From: an uncultured Gammaproteobacteria bacterium
GTDB taxonomy: Bacteria; Pseudomonadota; Gammaproteobacteria; UBA9214
NCBI GenBank assembly: GCA_963827755.1
Contig: CAWHCQ010000027.1
Coordinates: 1 to 49,386, forward strand
Direction: 5' to 3'
Length of the DNA: 49,386 nt
Shown here: piece after piece, positions 31,590-40,728 of the stretch
How the letters are laid out: the number at the start of each line of letters is the position of its first letter
How positions within the stretch are numbered: position 1 is the first letter of the stretch
Program-made: the position numbers and the translations under genes
Notes under the pieces: generated by a model
The model's input: only the letters and a program-made list of their open reading frames with translations
What the model was told of the DNA's origin: nothing
Databases searched by the model: none

Positions 31590-33493
31590 GCAGAGATGAG
31601 ACAGGCAGCGGCATCCCCCGGGAGTTGCTGGCGAAGATAGAAAAGAAGCTGGCGGACAATCAGCTGGTGCGATACAGGCTCCCTCCGAATGGCCGCCTGC
31701 ATATCGACCGGCAGCTGCCGTTTCTGGTCGTACACCGTTGCACAGACGAAACAGCGGATGCGGGTACCCGGCAATTACTGCTCGGTGAGGCGGCTTTTCT
31801 GCAAACGACAGCCGAACCTGCATTGCAAGCGGAAATCAAACAGCTGATTCACCTGATTGCCCGGGAACAGGGACAGCGCTTCGGGGCCTTTCTCCTGATT
31901 GAACTCTGGTCCCGGGATATCGAGACCGCTGCTGACCTGGAAACACCGCCGACACCGGGATTCTGCATCATGGCGCCGGAACAGGCCGTTCCCGACAAAA
32001 CATTGCAGGCACTCGAACATGCCCTGGAATTGATACATTTGCGCGGCAGGTATGCCAACGTCACGATAGAGTACCAAAAGCAACCGGCCCCTGGCGGACT
32101 TCCACCCCTGTTTGATGACGCACATGCCATGCAGCATCCTGTTGTTGTGTTCGGCCTGCAGGTGGATGCCGTGTTTCGCGAGACACAAAGCGGTGCTATT
32201 TATCCTTTTGCACTGGAGACCATTCACCGGGGGTTGTCCGTTGCGCTGAAAAAAACCTTCTACGCCTTTACCCGCGAAAAAACCCGTTACCGTCCGGAGC
32301 ACTATCATGTGCTGGGTCGTCAGGCGATGACCCGGGTTGTATGGGATGTCGATAAACAACTGGCGGACATCAGTGATAAGTTTGATCTGTTGCTGCATGT
32401 GACACCGGTTAATGCCGGCGCCGCCTGGGAATCGTTTCAGCGCAGTCGCTTTAACACTGCACCGGAGTTTCATTACCGGCCGCGAAGTGCCGACCCGGCC
32501 TTGCTCAAGCGCAGTCTCTACAAGGCGCACCTTGAACGCATCGAGGACCCGGGCCTGGCCGGTTTCTTTTCCAGCAAGCGTGACGAACTGGACCGCCAGA
32601 TAAACCTGTTTGCTGACCGGGGGAAGCCGCGGTTTCTGTATGGAAGCCTGCAGCTGTTCGGAGAGATCGATGATGAGTTAATGCAGACGGCAGAGCATAT
32701 CCTGTCACAGCCTGTTGCAGCACGGCCCGACAACGAGCGCACCCTGCTGACAGCCGGGCCCATGGCAGAGCATGCCCGTGCCGAGCTGGACTATTATCGC
32801 GAGAGGGATCCCGGCCTTGCCGCCGGCGTCGAGGTGCGCGATGACATAAGCGGTGTCCTGGTGTCACAGGGTAATCTGCTTATCGGCACCGATGCCCGTA
32901 TAGAAAAGCGCTGGCTCAAGGGTATGCTCAGCCATGAAATCGGTACCCACGTGGTGACGCACCATAACGGACGACAGCAGCCCTTTCAGCAACTCGCAGC
33001 GGGCATGGCGGGATATGAAGCTCTCCAGGAAGGGCTTGCCGTGCTCTCGGAATACCTGGTCGGAAAGCTCGATATGACCCGCCTGAGATTGATTGCGGGC
33101 CGTGTCATCGGCGTGAGCAGTGTTGTAGCCGGCGCCGATTTTGTCGAGACCTTCAGGTTGCTGGAGAAGGACTACGGATTTACGCCACGCCTTGCGTTCA
33201 CCATGAGCATGCGTGTTCATCGCGGCGGCGGTTACACCAAGGACATGGTCTATCTGCGAGGTTTTAACCAGCTTATTGACTATCTGAAGACCGGTAAGGA
33301 CATCGAATTGCTGTATGCCGGGAAAATTGCGCTCGAGTTTATTCCCCTGCTCGAGGAATTGCGCTGGCGCGAAGTGATCAAGCCGCCTGCCTTGATACCC
33401 CGGTACCTGGAACAGGAGCAGAGCAGGGAGCGGCTGGTGCATTTAAGAAGTCATCCTTCCCTGGATACCATATTAAGGAACACGCCACCATGA
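31586..33493 (+). CDS. QEGLA-motif (DUF1704, MATCAP-like) metallo-carboxypeptidase domain protein
   Basis: HEIGTH (HExxxH) and QEGLAVLSEY, R..RGGG.TKD..YLRG; overlaps both neighbours by 4 bp. Confidence 0.88.
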   Translation: MSRDETGSGIPRELLAKIEKKLADNQLVRYRLPPNGRLHIDRQLPFLVVHRCTDETADAGTRQLLLGEAAFLQTTAEPALQAEIKQLIHLIAREQGQRFGAFLLIELWSRDIETAADLETPPTPGFCIMAPEQAVPDKTLQALEHALELIHLRGRYANVTIEYQKQPAPGGLPPLFDDAHAMQHPVVVFGLQVDAVFRETQSGAIYPFALETIHRGLSVALKKTFYAFTREKTRYRPEHYHVLGRQAMTRVVWDVDKQLADISDKFDLLLHVTPVNAGAAWESFQRSRFNTAPEFHYRPRSADPALLKRSLYKAHLERIEDPGLAGFFSSKRDELDRQINLFADRGKPRFLYGSLQLFGEIDDELMQTAEHILSQPVAARPDNERTLLTAGPMAEHARAELDYYRERDPGLAAGVEVRDDISGVLVSQGNLLIGTDARIEKRWLKGMLSHEIGTHVVTHHNGRQQPFQQLAAGMAGYEALQEGLAVLSEYLVGKLDMTRLRLIAGRVIGVSSVVAGADFVETFRLLEKDYGFTPRLAFTMSMRVHRGGGYTKDMVYLRGFNQLIDYLKTGKDIELLYAGKIALEFIPLLEELRWREVIKPPALIPRYLEQEQSRERLVHLRSHPSLDTILRNTPP

Positions 33494-34537
33494 AGATCGG
33501 GTTCTGTGTGAACAATATACAAACGGAAGTTGTGCGTTATACAACCACCGATCTTGCGCTGGCGGCAACCCGCCTGGGTCATGAGTCCTGGTATATCAGT
33601 GTGGGTGATCTTGCCTATGATCAGGACGAGGCGATCCACGCCCGTGCCTGCCGGGTGGCGAAGCCCAATCACCGGACCGGTGCGGCCTATCTGAAAGATC
33701 TCCAGGGTCAAGGAGGCGATACGCGACTATATCAATGTGAGCGAACTCGATGTCCTGCTGCTGCGCAATGATCCTGCAGAGGATATCCAAACCCGTCCGT
33801 GGGCCCGCATGGCCGGTATCAACTTCGGGCGCTTCGCCGCGAGAAGCGGCGTTCTGGTCCTGAATGATCCGGAGGGGCTTGGCAATGCCCTGAATAAACT
33901 GTATCTGCAGCAGTTTCCCCGGGTCGTACGACCGAGATGCCTGATCACCCGCGATGCGGAGCGGATCAAGGCTTTTGCCAAAGCGGAGGGAGGCAAGGTC
34001 GTCCTGAAACCGTTGTTTGGTTCAGGCGGCCGCAATGTCTTTCTGTTGCGGCCGGAGGATGCGCCGAACATGAACCAGATCATCGAGACCGTCGCACGAG
34101 ACGGTTATATTATCGCGCAGGAATATCTTCCCGAAGCAGTCAGGGGCGATACCCGTTTGTTTCTGTTGAACGGTGAACCCTTGCAGCATAAAGGCAGGAT
34201 AGCGGCGATACGCCGGGTGCGTGCCGACGGTGATATGCGCAGTAACATAACCGCCGGCGCAACATCGGAACCCGCGAGAATCAGCGACAGGATGCTCGCA
34301 ATCGTGGAATCTATCGGTCCCCGGTTGAAACATGACGGCATGTTTTTTGTGGGACTGGATATCGTCGGTGACAAACTGATGGAGATAAATGTGTTCAGTC
34401 CGGGTGGGCTGGATAGCGCAGAGGTGTTCGAGCAGGTGAATTTCTGTCAGATTCTCATTGAGGACATCGAGCGCAAGGTGGCGTTAAAGAAAAGTAGCAA
34501 TAACAGCTTCACCAACCGGGAACTGGCTGTCTTGTAA
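33490..34537 (+). CDS. Glutathione-synthetase-like ATP-grasp ligase; one +1 frameshift near 33709 (probable sequence error)
   Basis: ORF 33490-33771 (MKIGFCVN...) joins ORF 33737-34537 if one base is removed (...LQG|KEAIRDYINVSELDVLLLRNDP). Motifs VLKPLFGSGG, QEYLP, GDTR, RSN, VGLDIVGDKLMEINVFSPGG. Confidence 0.8.
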
Positions 34538-34588
34538 CCGGTATTGGCCGAGATTGGCGAATGCCCGGATTACGCGGCAATCTGCACG

Positions 34589-34720
34589 CTACATGTTGGA
34601 TCGAAACAACTCACTGAAATTATTCGACAGATAGCGTCGCGGCTCGCGCGATGCATCGGACAGCCCCGTGGAGGCTGCAAAATCACACATAATGGACCGG
34701 GTACTGATGGACTGTTGCAT
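34589..34720 (-). CDS. Putative small peptide (43 aa)
   Basis: MQQSISTRSIMCDFAASTGLSDASREPRRYLSNNFSELFRSNM*, preceded by the SD-like CAGGAGAG about 8 nt upstream; no recognised homology. Confidence 0.35.
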   Translation of the reverse strand: MQQSISTRSIMCDFAASTGLSDASREPRRYLSNNFSELFRSNM

Positions 34721-34979
34721 AATAGCTACTCTCCTGTGCATAAACGTGGCATCCAGCAGCCGCCTCCGGTCAAGTATCCGGATGTACCCCTGATGTCGGG
34801 CAAAGGTTGGAATCCCGGCACCTATGACTGATGCCGGCACCGCCAGGGAGCAGGGCTCTTTACGCAACCAACCTGACTTGACGAAGATCAAAGCCGCACC
34901 CCTGTGCCCACGCTAGACTGCCCCTGCATTACCGCATGGCTGGCATTCTGGCTGACTCCACTTTATTGCAGGGACTGTT

Positions 34980-35729
34980 ATGCAAAACAACGAAAAACAT
35001 ACCACCTTTACCATATCCGTGCGCGGCAAGAATGCCCGGCAGCCGATTCTGCGCTTTCTGGCGCTGAATTTCGCCAGCGTCCCGATCAGCCAGGTGGACA
35101 GTGTGTTCGGCTTTGTCGAGCGCTGTTCGTTGTACGGCGGTCGTGTATTTGTGGAACCCCAGCTAACGGATAACGATGTCAGCGTCATGCAGGAGGTCGG
35201 CATCGGGCTGCGCCTGCCGATGAGCAACCACTCTGTCGACCTGGATGAGTACCGTTCCTATAAACCGCTGTTCAGGAAATATCACCGCGCGGGCAATTCG
35301 GTGATTGTCACCAACGATGATCTCGCCCGATGGCTGCGCCAGGATTTTCCCGATTACCAGCTCGAAGCCAGCGTGATCAAGAATCTCAAAACCAAAGACA
35401 AGATCGTCGAAGCCATGGAGTTGTATGACACGGTGGTGCTGCCCATGGAGTGCAATGAGAATCCGGCGTTCCTGCGCGGCCTCGACGACAAGGCACGCAT
35501 CCGTCTGTTCGCGAATGCCGGCTGCGCGCTCACCTGCCCGTCCAAAATCTGTTACCCGTCAGTCTCCAGGGCCAACAAGTTCACCGGCGCAGAACCGCGC
35601 TGTTCTTATGAGATAAAGCCGCGCGAGATGCTGGGCATGCACGATTTCGACCTGGAACAGTTGCAGACTCTGGGCTTTCACCGCTTCAAGATGCTGCGGT
35701 CGCGCCGTCACGGCATGACAGGTTACTAG
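34980..35729 (+). CDS. Hypothetical protein, U32-peptidase-like (possible Fe-S TIM-barrel) family
   Basis: SVIVTNDDLARWLRQDFP..QLEASV, DTVVLP...N, IRLFANAGCALTCPSKICY, later Cys, FKM..R resemble the U32 pattern (D.VVL.RE, ..N.GC...CP, FKI.GR). Recognised by eye only. Confidence 0.55.
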   Translation: MQNNEKHTTFTISVRGKNARQPILRFLALNFASVPISQVDSVFGFVERCSLYGGRVFVEPQLTDNDVSVMQEVGIGLRLPMSNHSVDLDEYRSYKPLFRKYHRAGNSVIVTNDDLARWLRQDFPDYQLEASVIKNLKTKDKIVEAMELYDTVVLPMECNENPAFLRGLDDKARIRLFANAGCALTCPSKICYPSVSRANKFTGAEPRCSYEIKPREMLGMHDFDLEQLQTLGFHRFKMLRSRRHGMTGY

Positions 35730-35958
35730 CGGCCGTCAGTACCAGCCAGCGCACGGATCCGCCGGCCCAGGCCGGATCGAGAGCAGACACACCACTGTCA
35801 CGGCAATCCTTGAGAACCTGGTCCGACATGGTTTTCGTGGTTGCCCCAAATAATGTTAGTATTCCGGGTACAGCACTATTATCCACTGCATTTGGCCTGT
35901 GTACCCGGCTGAAAACAACGAACCCCTGTCAGGACACCCTGCCTCAAGAGACTGATCC

Positions 35959-37859
35959 ATGAGACTGAAACGCGAGTTCTACAAGCTGCCATTGCGCTTT
36001 GATGTGGCGCGCATGGCCGAAGAGGTCCACGGTCTTTGCCGAGGACGAATGGCGTGAGCACCCGCAGAAATACGCCGGCAATTCCGCCATGGTGTTGATT
36101 TCACCGCACGGCGAGATCACTGATGATATGTACGGACCGATGGCGGTCACCGAAAAGTTGCGCCGCTGCCCGTATCTCCAGCAGGTACTGGCTTCGTTCG
36201 ACACAGTGTTCGGCCGCTCACGCCTGATGCGCCTCGCACCCGGCGCCGAGGTCAACATGCACAACGACGTGCATTACAACTGGCGCAACCGGGTGCGCAT
36301 CCATGTCCCTATCATCACCGAGCCCGCGGTGCAGTTTTTCTGCGGCAAGGAGTCGGTACACATGGCGGCGGGCGAGGCATGGATTTTCGACAACTGGAAG
36401 CCGCACCGCGTCATCAACCCGGGCGCCACACACCGCATCCACCTGGTCGCCGACACGGTGGGTACGGCGGCATTCTGGGGCCTGGTGCGGCAACTGCACC
36501 TCATGGGTAACAAGGAAATGGAACCCCGTAATATTTCCTATCAACCGGGACTGACGCCCGAATTGCGCCTGGAGAACTACAACCAGCCCAGCGTGATGCC
36601 CCCGGCCGAACTCAACGGCGCGCTGCGGGAAATGATTGTCGACCTGCGACTCAATCGCCAGGTCGATCCCCACCAGTGCGGCGCGTTTGTGCAGGTACTG
36701 GAAGAGCTGCGTTACGACTGGCAGGCCAACTGGGTTCAGCATGGCCCCAACGAGTCCGGCTGGCCTGTCTATCGCGCCCTGCTGGCGCGCGCCCGCACGC
36801 GCATGGCGGAATTCCCCCGCACGCTGATCCTTGAGCAGCACGAACTACCCGGTGCAGGATGCCGTCGAGGCCATTCTGGTGGCCTGCCTTGGTCCTGCGG
36901 CGAGAGGCAGGGTGTCGTCTGCCCGCCCCGTGAAACGTTCCGCCGAACAGCTCTTCGATCGACCGGTGTTCATCGTCGCCGCACCGCGCTCCGGCAGCAC
37001 CTTGCTGTTCGACTCGCTGGCAGCCAACCGCGCACTGTGGACGCTGGGCGATGAAAGCCACCGCCAGATCGAAGGCATCCCTGAGCTGCATCCCGCCGCT
37101 CACGACTTCGCTTCGAACGCGCTGTCCGCGGCGGACGCCACAGCGGAGGTTGCACGAGCGCTGCGCGAGGCGTTTGCCAAAGACCTGCGCAATGCCGATG
37201 GCACCCGCCTGCTGGAGCTGGGGCAGGAACAACTGCGGCAACTGCGGTTCCTGGAAAAAACACCCAAGAACGCGTTGCGGATTCCGTTCCTGCGCGCCGT
37301 CTTTCCGGACGCGCTGTTTATCTATTTGCACCGCAACCCGCGCGACAACATCAGCAGCATCATGGACGCCTGGCGTTCCGGCCGCTTTGTCACCTACCCG
37401 CAGTTGCCGGATTGGGACGGCCCGCCCTGGTCACTGCTGCTGATACCGGGTTGGCAGGAACTGCGGGGGGCCCCGGTGGCGGAGATCGCAGCACGACAAT
37501 GGCGCGATACGAACCTTGAGATCCTCAGCCAGTTGAGCGCATTGCCGGCGTCACAATGGTGTAGCGTGCGCCATGAGAGCGTGCTGGCGGACCCGGCGCG
37601 CGAATTACGGCGGCTGTGCAGATTTGCGAATCTCCCGTTTGGCGATCGCATGATGACGCTGACGGCAGGTGAGCTCAAGCCCTCACGCTATACCCTCAGC
37701 CGCCCCGACCCGGAAAAATGGCGCAAAAACGCCGACGAGCTGGAGCCGGTATTGCCGTCCGTCGACGACGTCGCTGCACGCCTGACATCACTGTCGGAGG
37801 AGCCGGCAGCAGACCGCGTGACCGGCGGCGCACCCGCCGCGCTTCAATCGACGCTGTAG
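35959..37859 (+). CDS. Asp/Asn beta-hydroxylase (2OG-Fe(II)) domain fused to a sulfotransferase; two +1 frameshifts (~36027, ~36830)
   Basis: Reconstructed MRLKREFYKLPLRFDVARMAEEV|TVFAEDEWREHPQ...; HxD (HND)...RIHVP...FDNWKPH...RIHLVAD facial-triad pattern; then PVFIVAAPRSGSTLL, EKTPKN, RNPRDNISS PAPS-binding motifs. Confidence 0.78.
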
Positions 37860-39704
37860 CCGAGTCGCTCGATCACGGGCGCCAGGATCGGGATGATCGG
37901 CTGAAGTTGCTGTCGATAGTTGCGGTAGCGGTATACGGAACCGCTATAGAGTTTTTCCGTGACCTGCGCGTAACTGGCGGTGCGCGCGTGGCGCACGTTC
38001 TTGTGGAACTCGACGCAGCGCGGATCCCATGGCTCGCCGATAAACTCCAGCATGCGCTGCGCGCCCGCCTCAATGTCGGCAACCAGGTCCTCATACCGGA
38101 TCGCAAGATAGTTCAAATCCAGTTCCCGCGTGTAGTGTTCGACCAGGTCCATCACCGTAACGTAATAATGCGCGGCCTTGACCAGGTCGTAGGCGAAGTT
38201 GTCGCCATGCTGCAGCTCGTTGGAGTAGCACGACAGCATCACGTCCAGCGGATGGCGCAGCAGGTGAATGACCGGCGCCTTCGGAAACACCAGCTTGATC
38301 AGGCCCAGGTGCAGTTCGTTCAGCGGCATCTTGTCGGTAAAGCGCCGCGCACCCGGCTCCACGATGCCCATGGTGCGGATTTCGGCCATGTAAAAGTCAC
38401 GAAACTTCATCAGGTCCTGGCGCTTTTCCGGATTCGCAAGCTCCAGCAGGCAGTCCGGGTAGAGGGTCTGGGTGTTCAGCCAGCGCGGCGCATGCGCCGT
38501 CATGCGATCGATGAGAATCAGTTCATCGCCGGCCGATATCGCGGGATGTGCCGTGAGAATCTGTTCAACCATGCTGGTACCCGAGCGCGGAAAGCCGACG
38601 ATGAAAACCGGCCTTGCCTCCTCGGGCCGCCGCGGCACCGCGCGCGGCAACAGCTGCATGCGTTCGCGAGTGAAGAATTCCCGGTACTTGCCCAGCGCGG
38701 CGCGATTGCCTTCCAGGTCATGGTCACGGTCTCCGGGTTCGCGCGCGCTGCGATTGGCCGCATCGAAAGCGCTGAACGCCTCGCCATAGCGTCGCAGCGC
38801 ATCCAGGGTCTGCCCGAGGGTGAAGTAGTAGAGCACCTTGCCGTGATGATTGAGCAGCGCGGGGTCCATGCGCTGCAACGCCGCCAGCGCCTCGTCATTA
38901 TCCCTGGCGCGGCGATGCAGCTGGGCCGCGTGCAGCGTGTTGTACAGGGTTGCCCGGATAGAGGCGCTCCGCCTCGCGCAACAGCTGCCAGCCATACTCG
39001 AGGTTTTTGACCGCTTCCTCCAGTTTCACCCACCCCAGCAAGGCCTCGTGATTGCCGGGCTGCAGGGACAAGGTGACCCGGTAAAAGCGACGCGCCTCCT
39101 CCATGCGCCCCAGGCTGCGCAGTACCGATGCGAGTTTGACGTTGGCCAGCGGATTTGACGGCTGCAAATATTGCGCCTGGCGCAGATGATATTCCGCGCG
39201 CTGCAGGGTGCTGGTCTTGATGCACGCCAGGCCCATCAGCATATGGGCCTGCGCGTTGCGCGGGTTGCGATCAACAGCACGGGCGGAGTACTGCGCGCTG
39301 TCGTGAATGCGCTGCCGGTCGTACAGAAATCCGGCGTAGTCCGTCAGCAGAACGTCGTTATCCGGCTGCAGGCTCAGCAGCCGCTGGTGGGTGGCTTCCT
39401 CGGCGGCGGGGTCACCGATCGCCTTCTGCGCCCGGCCCAGCAGGCGCAAGGCGTCCACGTGTTCGGGGGCGAGTTTCAGCAGCTTCGACAGGTGCACTTT
39501 CGCGGTCGCAGCCTTTTCCGCGCGCATGGCATCGGTGGCCGCCTGGTAGAGCGCAGCGACTTGCGGATCGTCGGGTTCCACTGCCGGTCGCGATACCGGC
39601 GGGGTGGCCCCGCAACATTGCAGGAACGGCCGTCCGCTGCCGCACAGACACAGGCCCGGCTGCAAGCCGCCGCCCCGCTGTGGAGAAAGAATGGTACCGG
39701 CCAT
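37844..39704 (-). CDS. SEC-C motif + TPR repeats + sulfotransferase; one +1 frameshift near 38948
   Basis: CLCGSGRPFLQCCG (SEC-C Zn motif), several TPR-like helices, PVFIVGFPRSGTSMVEQIL, DKMPLN, RHPLDVMLS, TASYAQV. Frames join as YPGN|LYNTLHAAQLHRR. Confidence 0.8.
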
Positions 39705-39832
39705 CGATGTCGCTTCGCTTAAGGGAAATGAAGGATTGAGCGCCACTTTAGCACGGCGGTCTGCGGCTGCGCACCGTGCCCGTCCTCCGGCACCGCTCCC
39801 GGGAGCAGGGAGCACTCCTTTTCCGGCAACGG

Positions 39833-40641
39833 TTACAACGGTTGCCGTGTTGAGCTGGTGACGCCCGCGTGTGTTACGACCGTTTCCCTGCGCGGCGGCA
39901 TGGGCGGCGCGTTGTTGCATCCGCAGTTCGTAGAACGCCGGGTCGGACGCCTGCAAGGCCGCCTCGCGGGCCGCGCGTGCCTCCTTGCGCGCCTTGCGCT
40001 TCTCCTTGCGGGCGGCCTTCTTCTGTGCCTTTTGTTGCGCTTTCTGTTCTTTCTCTGCACGGCGTTCCGCAACGTGCTGCTCCAGCCTGGCACGCCGCTC
40101 GGGTGACAAACGCTCCAGCCGTGCCTGCCAGCGTTGCTGGCGCGCCGGATCGGGATTGGCCAGCTTGTTGGGATTGCGTGGACCCTTGCCGCGCAGTCCC
40201 GCGAAGTTGACGGCCTCGTTCTCAAGTTTGGCCACGCGGCAGCGCGCGGCTGTTGTCATATTGCCCTTCGGGCAGCACGTAATAGCCGATCAGCATCGGT
40301 GCAGACCCCGGCTTGTCCGGGCGTTCATCATAAATGGCGATGGTGCTCATGCCACGCGTGATGCGCTTGAGGCCCTCTTCCAGCGGCAGCGATTCGATGC
40401 GGGCGCTGACCGTGCGTTCCGCCGCCGGGTCCATGCGCATTTCCACGCCGGTGTTACGGCCGATGACGCCAAGCAGGCCCTTGAGCGAGACCTCCGTCAC
40501 GTCGATACTCAGACGGTCGCTGTCGCTGTCATATTTGAACGGCGCTGGTGTTTGCACCTCCGCCAGCGCGGGCAGTGCCACTATCAGCAGCAGCGCAAAT
40601 AATGCCCTGCCACTGCAGAATTCCCGTAGTCTTTTCGTCAT
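39833..40641 (-). CDS. Exported protein with STN/secretin-N-like domain and basic coiled-coil tail; frameshift near 40235, 3' end uncertain
   Basis: Signal peptide (ALFALLLIVALPALA); LSIDVTEVSLKGLLGVIGRNTGVEM...LPLEEGLKRI resembles secretin N0/STN; continues in another frame as VAKLENEAVN...RQQRWQARLERLSPERRARLE...KAQKKAARKEKRK. Confidence 0.5.
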
Positions 40642-40658
40642 TTTCCAGTCCCCAGAGA

Positions 40659-40689
40659 TGACTATGGCGGGGAAACCCCGCCATAGTCA
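40659..40689. terminator. Perfect 14-bp stem-loop downstream of the Gly-rich lipoprotein gene (terminator or mRNA stabiliser)
   Basis: TGACTATGGCGGGG-AAA-CCCCGCCATAGTCA; no clear poly-U tail. Confidence 0.55.
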
Positions 40690-40728
40690 GTTACTGCAGT
40701 TACGACACTTACGCCATAAGGCGGACTG

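Noticed and set aside
33700-33740. Programmed ribosomal frameshift in the GshB-like gene and other split genes
   Set aside because: No slippery heptamer or stimulatory structure seen; similar single-base insertions recur in unrelated neighbouring genes.
34795-34930. Possible c-di-GMP-I riboswitch (GGGCAAAG...CAAAGCC) upstream of the U32-like gene
   Set aside because: Only fragments of the consensus match and the spacing and GNRA loop do not fit; an Infernal/Rfam scan would be needed.
37718-39010. 430-aa plus-strand ORF (likewise 28785-29996, 25473-26600 and 9068-10126)
   Set aside because: Antisense shadows of well-supported genes; no recognisable domains.
38898-40259. 453-aa ORF read as a real fusion of the basic coiled coil to the SEC-C/TPR protein
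   Set aside because: The linker (~39705-39870) reads like non-coding DNA with hairpins and lies in an indel-rich region, so a lost stop codon is more likely. Not fully excluded.
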